A DNA stretch of 64,000 nt from the NCBI GenBank assembly GCA_964392365.1, contig CAYMPH010000010.1, forward strand, positions 69,387 through 133,386. Reading direction: 5' to 3'. How positions within the stretch are numbered: the stretch's first letter is position 1; each line of letters starts with the position of its first letter. Below, in pieces: positions 9,358-18,937 of the stretch. A program made the position numbers and the translations under genes. The stretch is from an uncultured Leptospirales bacterium (GTDB taxonomy: Bacteria; Spirochaetota; UBA4802; UBA5550). The notes under the pieces are model-generated. The model saw only the letters and a list, made by a program, of their open reading frames with translations, made no database searches and was not told where the DNA came from.

Positions 9358-11301
9358 TTATTTGCTCAACAAACCCATTTCATAAAGAAACCTCGAGGGT
9401 TTCTTAGGCCAGTTTCTATACTTTTCTGCATAACTAAGCGTTAATGTTTCAATTGTTCTTGTTATTGCAACAAAACAATTTCGCCGTTCTTCTTCCATTT
9501 CAAGACTTCTATCTCCATTTTTAATACTTTGAAAAGAAGGTAGCTCATCTTCGACAAGTCCAATAAGATAAACATGATCAAATTCCTTACCTTTAGCTGC
9601 ATGGATAGTCATAAGAATTATTGTATTAGGTTTTGGAGTTGATTCTTTCGAACGCATTTGTAGTTCTTGCAAAAATGCCTCCAAGGTGATCTGTTCCCCT
9701 AAACTCAATTTTATATCTCTCAATAATTCATTCCATACTAATTTTTCTTCATCAAAACGAGCAAATGCTTCAACGTAAGCATTATCTTCATCAGACTGTT
9801 TAGTTTTAGTTAATGAATCAAACCAAGTTAACGCAAATCTGCTGAACTTTTCAAAATCTCTACTCTTTATTAAACAATTTAATATCTCATTGATAATACT
9901 TTTCACTCCATTTCCTATGTTTTTTTGGCTAACTAATGTTAACCAACTTTGCAAAAAACCTATATTTAAAGCTTGGGCTTGTGAAATTACTTTTTCTAAA
10001 TCTACTTCAATTAAAGTTAACTGTAAGAATGAACCATTTACAGCTTCTAAATAATGAAGATTATGAATATCAGTGGCAAGATGTAAAATAGAATGAAGCC
10101 AGATGAAAGGGGTACTTTCAAATTCATCTTTGCGTTGAGAAATAAAGGCAATTAAATTATTTTTATTTAAAGCGTTATATACTGTATCAAGCAATTTGCG
10201 ATTACGTCCTAAAATAACTATTTTTGATAGATGCTCAAAATGAAATTTCTTAATATCTTCTGCAATTCCATTTGCTTCAGCCTCAAAATTGGGAAAACAG
10301 TTTAATAATCGAACTGTATTTTCACTAAGAGTAGGACGAAATGCTTCGAGTGGTTTTTTATCTGTTGTTCTTAAAAAGTTATGCTGGATTAGATTATTCG
10401 CTAAATTAACAATTTCAGGGGGACATCTATAATTCATGGGCAATTGTATCACTTTTGGTGAAAAATTTGTGACAAATTCTTTTAGACGTTCATGACTTGC
10501 TCCTTTCCATTGGTAAATAATCTGATCATCATCAGCAACAATAAACAAATTACGATGTATATTTTCCGTAAGCGCAGTAATAAGACCATATTGTGCTTGA
10601 TCAGTGTCTTGAAATTCGTCTAAACAAATATATTGATAAACCGTACGATAACGTTTAGCAAAAGCAGGAAATTTAGTAAATAATTGATATGTTTTAAAAA
10701 TCAAAGAGTTAAAATCTAAAGCGTTCCGCTTATTTAATTCATTTTCATATGCAGGATAGATAATAGCAATCCTCTCCCCAAATTGTTTATCTGAAAATAT
10801 TTCCCTGCAATTTTCAGGTGAAATAAGCAATGATTTAAGCCGTTGTATAACAAGCAAAGTTTTTTTATCTAAATTGCTTACTATTGAACTGCTTTTTTTT
10901 GACTTTTCTACTGCTTCATCTAAAACAGCTTGTAGATCATTATTTTGAGAATAAATTTGAAAACTGGGATTTATTCCTAAATGAGTACCGTGTTGACGTA
11001 AGACATCTGAACAAAACGAATGAAAAGTTCCTAAAAAAAGACGATCTTCCTGTCCAGGAACTAATAAAGCTACACGATTTCGCATTTCATCAGCTGCTTT
11101 ATTCGTAAATGTTAAACCTAAAATTCGAAAATTACTCCCTATGCTATATTCCAATAAACTTGCGATACGACAAGTTAATACTCTCGTCTTTCCTGATCCT
11201 GGTCCAGCTAAAACTAATAGAGGACCATCTCCCCATTCGGCAACTTGTTTTTGAATTGGGCTTAATTCTTCAAAAGCCCTTTTTAATTCTATTGTACGCA
11301 T
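9358..11301 (-). CDS. gajB: UvrD/PcrA-like SF1 helicase, Gabija GajB-like
   Basis: AGPGSGKT, LTFTNKAA, DEFQD, NYRC, MTIHAAKGKEF and EERRNCFVAITR motifs; overlaps the 3' end of the OLD nuclease gene. Confidence 0.85.
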   Translation of the reverse strand: MRTIELKRAFEELSPIQKQVAEWGDGPLLVLAGPGSGKTRVLTCRIASLLEYSIGSNFRILGLTFTNKAADEMRNRVALLVPGQEDRLFLGTFHSFCSDVLRQHGTHLGINPSFQIYSQNNDLQAVLDEAVEKSKKSSSIVSNLDKKTLLVIQRLKSLLISPENCREIFSDKQFGERIAIIYPAYENELNKRNALDFNSLIFKTYQLFTKFPAFAKRYRTVYQYICLDEFQDTDQAQYGLITALTENIHRNLFIVADDDQIIYQWKGASHERLKEFVTNFSPKVIQLPMNYRCPPEIVNLANNLIQHNFLRTTDKKPLEAFRPTLSENTVRLLNCFPNFEAEANGIAEDIKKFHFEHLSKIVILGRNRKLLDTVYNALNKNNLIAFISQRKDEFESTPFIWLHSILHLATDIHNLHYLEAVNGSFLQLTLIEVDLEKVISQAQALNIGFLQSWLTLVSQKNIGNGVKSIINEILNCLIKSRDFEKFSRFALTWFDSLTKTKQSDEDNAYVEAFARFDEEKLVWNELLRDIKLSLGEQITLEAFLQELQMRSKESTPKPNTIILMTIHAAKGKEFDHVYLIGLVEDELPSFQSIKNGDRSLEMEEERRNCFVAITRTIETLTLSYAEKYRNWPKKPSRFLYEMGLLSK

Positions 11302-13229
11302 GATGGTGCAGCCTTCGAGACTATGTCCGAGATGATATTACTAAAAAATACAGGTATGCGAGAACTATTTATTTTATTTTCACGAAGTTTTTCAATCAAT
11401 TCATTCATATAACCTATTTTATCTTTTTTTATTTCAGAAGCAAGCATATTATAAAACTCAGGGTCAGTCTGGTCTATCGTTAAACTAATTTTATGTTTAC
11501 TAAGAATTTCTAAGTAATCTTGCATAAATCCGTTTTTTATAAGAAACATTTCCAAATCTGATTTTTCTTCTGGTATTGGAAGTACAAGTTTTTTAATTTC
11601 TTCAGTAGTGATTCCATATCCTTCAACTTGTTTTAGAAACTTTAGCCCTCCTTCATCATTATCACAAAACATAATCCATGGTATCTCAAAATTTTGTGCT
11701 AAACCAACAAATGCACCTGGTGAACCATTATTCTGAAAGTCTATAACGCTTATTCCGAATTGGTCTAATGGCTTGCCTAACAAATCTGCAAAATAATGGA
11801 TCAATAGATATTCACTTTGTCCTTCACATAGCAACCATGCACATGCAAATAGTATTTCACCTCTAACGCGTTTTGCATATGTATTAAGATCATTTAATTC
11901 ATCATCGCTTATAAAGTGTTGTGATTCATTATAAAGTTTTTTTATTTGGTCATGAACATCTTTTTGCTCTGGATAAATTTGAAGGAGAGACCTATATTCC
12001 TTTTGCTCCATTTTACCTTTGACATTAAGTTTTGAAATTACACTTTGATAATCATATTTTGTTGCGTGATTTTTACAAAATTTGGATAATTCCTCAGATT
12101 GAGGAAGTTTAGTAGAAAATTTACGCTTTATATAAAATACTTTAGAGGCTGATCCATTTTTGCGAAACAAGCGAAGTTGAGTGAATGGAATTTCCTGAAT
12201 AAAATATGGAGAATGACTTGAAATAATTTTTTGACTTTTTAGCTCATTCAAATTTTTAGATAATGCACGTGTTGCTTGAGGATGAAGATGTGCTTCTGGT
12301 TCTTCTAAAGCTAAAATTGCTTCGGTTTCTGGATAAAATGAAGGTTTTAGGAATACTTCGATGAAAGATTGAAAAAGAAAAAGTACAGACAAACTTTGTA
12401 TACCTTGTCCATGCCTGGAAATAGGAAAATTGAGTTCACTACCCCTTGCTTTAATTACAACCTCTGATTTTGACATCAAATCCCAATGATTTAAAGGTAA
12501 GGCTTGAATTGATGTATTTTGTTCATTTCCAAGTGTAATAACTTTTTGAATATTACTTAATACTGTTCTCACTTGCTCAAACCTTGGATCGGCTTTTAGT
12601 AGTTCATCATTAAGCTTAGTTAAATCTTCGTTTATTGACTTTCTTTGATCTTCACTTATATCAATATCACGAAGTATTCGCCCCCAGTATTGCGATCGAG
12701 AGGAAAACTCATTATCTGAGTCACGTAGAGCTGATAAATAAAATAAACGAATGTAAGAATGAAACTTCGGCAAGTTAGATTGACTTTTACCTTTTCCTCC
12801 TAACGGTTCACCATTTAAATCAAGAAATTCCCAATTATTGTTTATAACTTTTGAAATAGGATCAAATTTACTCGATGCTCGTAAACCAATAGAATCTAAA
12901 TCATTTATTGGATCAGTTTGAATTATTTCGTTTAATGAATTTCCCAAATCTTCAGGCCATTCATCAGATTTATCTTCTCGAAACCAAAGTTCTATAACAA
13001 TACCATCGCTGGTTTGTGGTGAATCACCAACTTTAGACATATAATAGTCATACTCATCGAATGGTTTTCCACGACCGGCTTGATTCCGTGGCAATAATAT
13101 TTTTAATGCATCAAGTAAAGCTGTTTTGCCTGAGTTATTTTCACCAACTAAAACAGAAGTATCATCAATAGGAATTACTACGTCCTGTAAACAACGAAAG
13201 TTTTTTATACTAATCTCTCTTAGCCTCAT
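11289..13229 (-). CDS. gajA: OLD-family ABC-ATPase + TOPRIM nuclease, Gabija GajA-like
   Basis: GENNSGKT Walker A, LEEPEAHLHP Walker B, and TOPRIM LLCEGQSE and CDND motifs; tandem with UvrD (class 2 OLD). Confidence 0.85.
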   Translation of the reverse strand: MRLREISIKNFRCLQDVVIPIDDTSVLVGENNSGKTALLDALKILLPRNQAGRGKPFDEYDYYMSKVGDSPQTSDGIVIELWFREDKSDEWPEDLGNSLNEIIQTDPINDLDSIGLRASSKFDPISKVINNNWEFLDLNGEPLGGKGKSQSNLPKFHSYIRLFYLSALRDSDNEFSSRSQYWGRILRDIDISEDQRKSINEDLTKLNDELLKADPRFEQVRTVLSNIQKVITLGNEQNTSIQALPLNHWDLMSKSEVVIKARGSELNFPISRHGQGIQSLSVLFLFQSFIEVFLKPSFYPETEAILALEEPEAHLHPQATRALSKNLNELKSQKIISSHSPYFIQEIPFTQLRLFRKNGSASKVFYIKRKFSTKLPQSEELSKFCKNHATKYDYQSVISKLNVKGKMEQKEYRSLLQIYPEQKDVHDQIKKLYNESQHFISDDELNDLNTYAKRVRGEILFACAWLLCEGQSEYLLIHYFADLLGKPLDQFGISVIDFQNNGSPGAFVGLAQNFEIPWIMFCDNDEGGLKFLKQVEGYGITTEEIKKLVLPIPEEKSDLEMFLIKNGFMQDYLEILSKHKISLTIDQTDPEFYNMLASEIKKDKIGYMNELIEKLRENKINSSRIPVFFSNIISDIVSKAAPSCVQ

Positions 13230-13487
13230 TTATTATTTCCTATAATATATTTAAATGAAATTCTACATGAGTCATATTGCTTCTTTCTCTATACTTAATC
13301 CTTCTTATAAATTTCATTAAAACAAATAGTTTTAAAAAAAAATGTTTATCAATGAGACAAATTGAAGCATATAATAAGCTTAAAGCAACTATAATTTCAT
13401 TGAGAAATTTTTAATATTTAAAATTTACATTAAATATTTTTCTATTTTCTCATCTCGATAGTATTAACATATAGAGGATAAAAAAAA

Positions 13488-13694
13488 ATGAACTGTATTG
13501 ATTGTAAAAACTACTGTGGCTTCCTGAAAATGGATATAAATTACGTGAAATGCAATTATTGGAAAAATATTGATTACAGAGCTTCCGTTGGAACAAGGGC
13601 GATTGTTTGCCCCAGGGAACCTATTGAACAAGATGAGGATAGGGTTATATTTCAGGCTATTGAGTTTTTTTTTCTTTTTCAAAATTCATCCTGA
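13488..13694 (+). CDS. Small Cys-rich hypothetical protein (CxxCxxxC...C...CP)
   Basis: RBS AGAGGA upstream; a degenerate paralog lies at 15217-15370. Confidence 0.5.
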   Translation: MNCIDCKNYCGFLKMDINYVKCNYWKNIDYRASVGTRAIVCPREPIEQDEDRVIFQAIEFFFLFQNSS

Positions 13695-13801
13695 TGAATA
13701 TTAAAAGTTTAAAGCAACAATAGTTCTTGACTCTTAATCTACTAACAAGAAATGATAAATAAATTTTTAGAAAAATAACTAAAATTCCAAGAGAGAAAAA
13801 A

Positions 13802-14041
13802 ATGGAAAATAATAAACCAGAACAAGAGACATATAAAGGTTTAACGCTGAACTCGTCTATCACAAAAGATGAAAAAGGAAATATCAATATTAACGTTACC
13901 TGTGACGAAAAGGAAATGTTTCATCATGTCGCAGTATCACCAAAAACTATAAATAAAAATGTTTCAATAGATCATTTAATCAATATAATTCATAAAGGTT
14001 TAATCGAATATGCAAAAGAAGTAATTGATAAAAACCCTTGA
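13802..14041 (+). CDS. Hypothetical protein, 79 aa
   Basis: ORF track; purine-rich upstream region; no recognisable motif. Confidence 0.45.
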   Translation: MENNKPEQETYKGLTLNSSITKDEKGNININVTCDEKEMFHHVAVSPKTINKNVSIDHLINIIHKGLIEYAKEVIDKNP

Positions 14042-14119
14042 ATAGAACTTTAGAAATAACCCACCTAATAACAGAAAATGTTAATTAAACTTTGTTCTGT
14101 TAATAGAATAGGATAAAAA

Positions 14120-14743
14120 ATGAAAGAAGAAGCCCATCCTTGGAAATGGTTTGCCCCCAAAGACAGTACAACTTTAATTGTTGGAACATTCCCGACAGCT
14201 AAACACAATTGGCATTTCGACTTTTTCTACCCGAACACAGCCAATTTATTCTGGAAACTATTATCAAAAATTGCATTTACAGAGCTTAAGTATTTTTCAG
14301 GAGATGAAGCAGTAACTGAACGTAAAGACATTCTACGGAAATTGAAAGTAAGCGTAACCGACATGGGATTGAACGTAATTAGACACGACGAGAGTTCTTT
14401 AGATGAAAAACTTGTTCCGCTTAAATACATGGATATTTTTCAAATACTTAACGAAAACCCTTCCATTCAAAAAATAATTTTCACAAGTAGCTCTGGAAAA
14501 GTAAGTGCATCCAAATGGTTCATCAACTATCTTGCCAAACAAAAAATTCAACATAAATTTCCCAAAGGTAAAAAACCAATTAGAAGTCTTCTGCATTACA
14601 AAGACAAACAAATTCAATTAGTAATTTTATACTCTACCTCCCGAAGAGCAGCAAACAGAATTTCATTTGAACAGCTAATAGAGATGTATAAAAACGAATT
14701 TTATTTCACCGAACCACAGGAGCTCCCTTTAAAATGGATGTAG
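14120..14743 (+). CDS. Uracil-DNA glycosylase superfamily protein (family 6 / hypoxanthine-DNA glycosylase-like)
   Basis: HPW...LIVGTFP...FFYPNTANLFW and LYSTS motifs. Confidence 0.8.
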   Translation: MKEEAHPWKWFAPKDSTTLIVGTFPTAKHNWHFDFFYPNTANLFWKLLSKIAFTELKYFSGDEAVTERKDILRKLKVSVTDMGLNVIRHDESSLDEKLVPLKYMDIFQILNENPSIQKIIFTSSSGKVSASKWFINYLAKQKIQHKFPKGKKPIRSLLHYKDKQIQLVILYSTSRRAANRISFEQLIEMYKNEFYFTEPQELPLKWM

Positions 14744-14812
14744 GTGTTGGTGTCTGGTGAACAAAATTAATAATCATTTTTCCCAAAAGGTTGAATATTA
14801 AAATAATTTTTA

Positions 14813-15151
14813 TCACTTAATTTTCTCTGTCACGGTTTTATATACCTGCTTAATTTTTCCATCATGTATAACTACCCTGACAGAAATATCTGCATAATTA
14901 AAACGCTTCGACTGCTCCGATAACCAAGTGGCAGTATCTTTGATTTGATTTGGTATAGTTACTTGATGTTCAATGCTTCTACTTTCAATATTAAAAAATT
15001 TATCGATTTTATTTTTATCAAAACGAACAACTCTTCCAATTTTTATAAAAGTAATTTTTCGATTCATTACATCTCTTCTCAATTTATCTTCAGATACATT
15101 AAGATATTTGGCTAAATCAGAATATTTTCAAAGTGAAATTGGTTGTTCCAT
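14813..15151 (-). pseudogene. Excisionase-like HTH_17 protein with a DUF2292-like tail; in-frame TGA at codon 8 (15128-15130)
   Basis: GGAGG RBS, then MEQPISL*KYSDLAKYLNVSEDKLRRDVMNRKITFIKIGRVVRFDK...VIHDGKIKQVYKTVTEKIK. The track's TTG start at 15082 cuts off the first HTH helix. Confidence 0.65.
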
Positions 15152-15216
15152 TTTGTTACCTCCAATAATTTTTTTTTAATTACATTTTCGTTCTTAATAA
15201 TATAGAGGATAAAATT

Positions 15217-15370
15217 ATGAAAAATTATATTGGTTGTAAATATTACTGCGGATTTCTTAAAATTGATATTGATTATGTTTAATTTTTGGGAAGGAGATAG
15301 AAGGTCTACTGTTGGAACTGAAGTTTTTGTTTGTCCTCGTCGAGAAAATATATTTGGTGAAGAAAAATAA
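15217..15370 (+). pseudogene. Degenerate copy of the Cys-rich 13488 gene
   Basis: Same ATAGAGGATAAAA leader; MKNYIGCKYYCGFLKIDIDYV* then, in another frame, ...STVGTEVFVCPRRE (cf. MNCIDCKNYCGFLKMDINYV...SVGTRAIVCPRE). Confidence 0.7.
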
Positions 15371-15398
15371 ATAGGATAATGAAAAAAATTATTGATTT

Positions 15399-16154
15399 TT
15401 AAGTTATATAGGGTTTTATAAGTATAGGTAATTTTTCTATTACCCGTCTTTTTACAATATTTGTATAAACTTTACAATTATCACTAACATCTTCAAAAAG
15501 TTGATTTATCCATAATGTAAAATCTTCAAAATTATTATTTGTTATCATCTCATTTATGGGATGGTTTCTTATACGTTCATCCCAATGAAATTGTAAGTCA
15601 TTATCAGTAAGAAGCAATTTCTCAAACAAATCAGCATAATCAATTCCATCTGATGAAGTATAATTAAAGTGTGAATCAAAATATTCCTTATATTTACTTT
15701 CATTAACGTCGTCATCTTGAGATAAAATTGAAGCGATAAACTGATGCAAAACAATTGATGATTTAATTTTCTCAATACTTTCTTCAATTATTTTGTCATA
15801 GTTTAGAGGGGCTTGATTTATTAAATTAGCAAAAGCTAAAAAATGACAAAATTCATGGACTATTACAGCCTTCCTTATAAAAGGATAATAATGAACCTCA
15901 TTAAAAAATTTATCAAATTTTTCATTATATGCTATATAGAAGATATATTTATTTTTTTTTATATGAAACCAAAAAAAACCTCCATGGTCTGCTCCCATTT
16001 CAGTTTTAAGTAAAAAAAGAGAACTATTGTTTCTTATAGAAACTGGCAAAGAGGGAAACATAGATAAAGGATAAAAGATATGCTTATTTTGTAGCGGTTC
16101 GTTTACACATAATATCTCTAATAAATCTTTATATTGACTAACTAAATGCTTCAT
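15399..16154 (-). CDS. HEXXH zinc-metallopeptidase-like protein (ImmA/IrrE-like possible)
   Basis: RKAVIVHEFCHFLAF motif; preceded by a beta-rich GGFFWF...YIFYIAYN segment. Confidence 0.55.
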   Translation of the reverse strand: MKHLVSQYKDLLEILCVNEPLQNKHIFYPLSMFPSLPVSIRNNSSLFLLKTEMGADHGGFFWFHIKKNKYIFYIAYNEKFDKFFNEVHYYPFIRKAVIVHEFCHFLAFANLINQAPLNYDKIIEESIEKIKSSIVLHQFIASILSQDDDVNESKYKEYFDSHFNYTSSDGIDYADLFEKLLLTDNDLQFHWDERIRNHPINEMITNNNFEDFTLWINQLFEDVSDNCKVYTNIVKRRVIEKLPILIKPYIT

Positions 16155-16169
16155 AAATTCTTATTTCAT

Positions 16170-16403
16170 CTAAGAATTTATGAATTTTTGATAATCTGAA
16201 TCTTCATTTAATTCGATAGTATTTTTAATAATTAGTTCATATACATCTAATAAATCTTTTGTTGGAGTATCAAAACGTACATCAACTATACCTAATTCAT
16301 CTATTTGATTAAGTATTTTTTTTTGTCTACTTAAATCAACAATATTTAATTGATGTCCTTTAATTTGCTTCTCTTTGCAAGCCATGACAAACTCCTTATC
16401 CAA
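16170..16403 (-). CDS. Hypothetical protein, 77 aa, co-oriented upstream of the HEXXH gene
   Basis: ORF track; 15-nt gap to the next gene. Confidence 0.5.
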   Translation of the reverse strand: MDKEFVMACKEKQIKGHQLNIVDLSRQKKILNQIDELGIVDVRFDTPTKDLLDVYELIIKNTIELNEDSDYQKFINS

Positions 16404-17346
16404 ATTAGTAAAATAAATATAATTATGTTACAAAAATATAACATTATATTAAAAAATAACCTATAAACATAATAGATTATAATTATTTTATCGATTTTAT
16501 TTTACTATTCTATGAAATTATAATACTAATTTAAAAAGAGAAAAGCAAATGGAAAAAAAAAACCCTTTTTTTGTCAAGACAATTTATTAAAAAAACTTTA
16601 TACTTTTTGTCAAGGAAAAAATTCATAAAAATGTTTTATGTCACATTATTTTAAGAATTATAGGGTTCGAAAATAAATGCTTTAAGTAAAAATCTATTCT
16701 GTAATATTTTTCAATTAACATAAATAGTATAAAATTTGAAGCAATATATCGAGTTAAAATAATATTCTTGTTAAGAATTCACTGCAAAGGATTCTTCAGG
16801 TTTCAAAATCCGGCAAAATTTAAATTCCTGCTTAATTCCAATTTTGCACTTGACAAAAAACAATTAATAGCCGCACAAATGTATAGTTGTTCAAAATAAG
16901 CTATATCAAAAGGGGTGAAAATATGGGAATTGCCAATAATACAATATCAGCTAAAAAAACCGATAATTTCACCAATTTATCTCTTTTTTTCTTAAAGCCT
17001 CAAAGCATATTCATCCACTCAATTCCTCAAACCCCATTTCCTCCAGAAAATCCATTTAATCCAAACATCAAACACAAGAATCTAAAACAAACCTATTGCC
17101 ATGAGTTATCTTCTCGTCCTGCTCCAAAGTTTTTATCCCAAATCTTGCTGCTATACTTACAAAGTATTTGAGCAGTTTTAAAAGAAAATTACAAAAAATA
17201 AAATATAAATTGTATTGATCTTCCCCATATAATCTATTCAATTTCAATAATTGCTAATTTGATTATTCCTTGACACAAGGCTGTAGAACTCTATCTATTG
17301 CAACAAAAAATTAAATAAACAGTATATTATTGATGAAGGGTATTTT

Positions 17347-18078
17347 ATGAATAAAAGATATTTACTATTGGCAGTCCCACTGATTTGCTTTTTTTTAAAG
17401 ATAAATGCTTTTAGTCATGGTTTAGGTGTTAAAGCGGAATATGATTTTTATCTTGGTTCTCAGACAAATTTAATTAGTGTTGGCTTGATATATGATTCAA
17501 ATTTAGCAACAACAAAAACAATGAATTTCAGAGTAAATATTGATTATGGTCTATTAAAAATATATGAGAATAAACCAATATGGGCTCCAATGGATTATCT
17601 GTTAAATTTTCGAGTGCTATTTGGATTTGGTCTTTATACAAATTCATGGTCAAGGATTTATTTAGGACCTCAAATTGGTGTTAGTATCTTTATTCCAAAC
17701 CCACTCGGTAGCGGCATAAATAATCCTGCTTCAATATATTCCATGATGCCTATTGGGGTCCCTATTGGTGTTGTTCTGGGTTATAATATTAATATTGGTA
17801 AAAACTTTACAATTTCTTTAGAAGCAGGTTATAATATTGATGTAGTATCAGTAGTAGGAGCGTTAATGACAGCGACTGCAAATTCTTACATGAATTCATA
17901 TTCTACTACATCGACTTCAAATTCTACATATGTTTTAAGGCATAACGTTTTTGGCGGGGTATCATTTATGTTTCGCTTTAGTGGGGATAATTATGAAAAA
18001 CCCAAAAATATAGAAAATCCGATTCTTGATGAAGAGAAAAAAAATGAAAAAAAAGATGAAAATATAAATTATATTTAA
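17347..18078 (+). CDS. Outer-membrane beta-barrel protein
   Basis: Signal peptide; alternating aromatic/Gly strands ending VSFMFRF, then a charged tail. Confidence 0.65.
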   Translation: MNKRYLLLAVPLICFFLKINAFSHGLGVKAEYDFYLGSQTNLISVGLIYDSNLATTKTMNFRVNIDYGLLKIYENKPIWAPMDYLLNFRVLFGFGLYTNSWSRIYLGPQIGVSIFIPNPLGSGINNPASIYSMMPIGVPIGVVLGYNINIGKNFTISLEAGYNIDVVSVVGALMTATANSYMNSYSTTSTSNSTYVLRHNVFGGVSFMFRFSGDNYEKPKNIENPILDEEKKNEKKDENINYI

Positions 18079-18278
18079 TCTAAAAATTTAGCATAAACAA
18101 TAGTTAAAATTACAAATTATAAATTGATCTACTTATCAAGTATTAAATAATGCCTTTCATTGCAATTTGGAAATATAGAAATTAAATTAATAGGTCTGAT
18201 TTCTTTTTTAAAATCTTTATTTGATTAGCACCGAGAAGATACTAATGCGTTTTCAAGAAAGAATTATTAATATTATTT

Positions 18279-18869
18279 TCATTTTCCCTTCATTATCTTT
18301 TTCTGCTTATTAAGTTTAATCCCTACTTTTAATATAAGATTATAAAGATCATTTAATTCATCCCCTTTTCTTAGAGCCCTTCCTGATATTTCTTTTCCTT
18401 TTAAAATATCCTGGAGGTATTTTGTCATAACATAAACAGGTCCGTAGATTTTATGAGTAATCCCAGTGAGGAATAATGTTAGTAAAATAGCAATAACTGA
18501 TAAAACACCTATTAAAATATAAAGTATATTCATCTGCCTAATTGATATTTGCCTCAAAACTTCAATTTGATCATTTATTTTTGTTAGGCTTTTATTATGA
18601 TCAGTTGTGATTTTTTCAGTATGAAGCTCATATTCTTTTCCAATGAGTTTTTTTGCAACAAACACAAAGGAATTTACAATATCATCTTCAGTTTTTATTG
18701 AAGAATTTAGATCACCGATTGCAAAATCAATTTCATTTATATTTTTTTTAAATGAAAAAGAAATTAAAGTAATAGCGAATGCCGATGCTGCAATATAAAT
18801 TATTATTATTGGAATGATTATCTTTAATTGCTTTCTTTTATTTATAATTTTAATATTTCTGTTTATCAA
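18279..18869 (-). CDS. Two-TM membrane protein with a HAMP-like linker
   Basis: Two hydrophobic helices; THKIYGPV...LRKGDEL HAMP-like motif. Confidence 0.6.
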   Translation of the reverse strand: MINRNIKIINKRKQLKIIIPIIIIYIAASAFAITLISFSFKKNINEIDFAIGDLNSSIKTEDDIVNSFVFVAKKLIGKEYELHTEKITTDHNKSLTKINDQIEVLRQISIRQMNILYILIGVLSVIAILLTLFLTGITHKIYGPVYVMTKYLQDILKGKEISGRALRKGDELNDLYNLILKVGIKLNKQKKIMKGK

Positions 18870-18937
18870 AATAGTTCGCTCCTGATTTTTAAATAGTTTC
18901 TGTAAAATTTATTTATAAGATAAATCATAGTCATCTA

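Noticed and set aside
14065-14106. CTAATAACAGAA...TTCTGTTAATAG as an attC site before the UDG gene
   Set aside because: The right core GTTAATA does not fit GTTRRRY, and no complementary arm follows the gene. It could equally be a terminator-like hairpin.
16887-17171. 94-aa ORF
   Set aside because: Pro/Ser-rich with no motif; the other frames are full of stops. Probably non-coding or decayed sequence.
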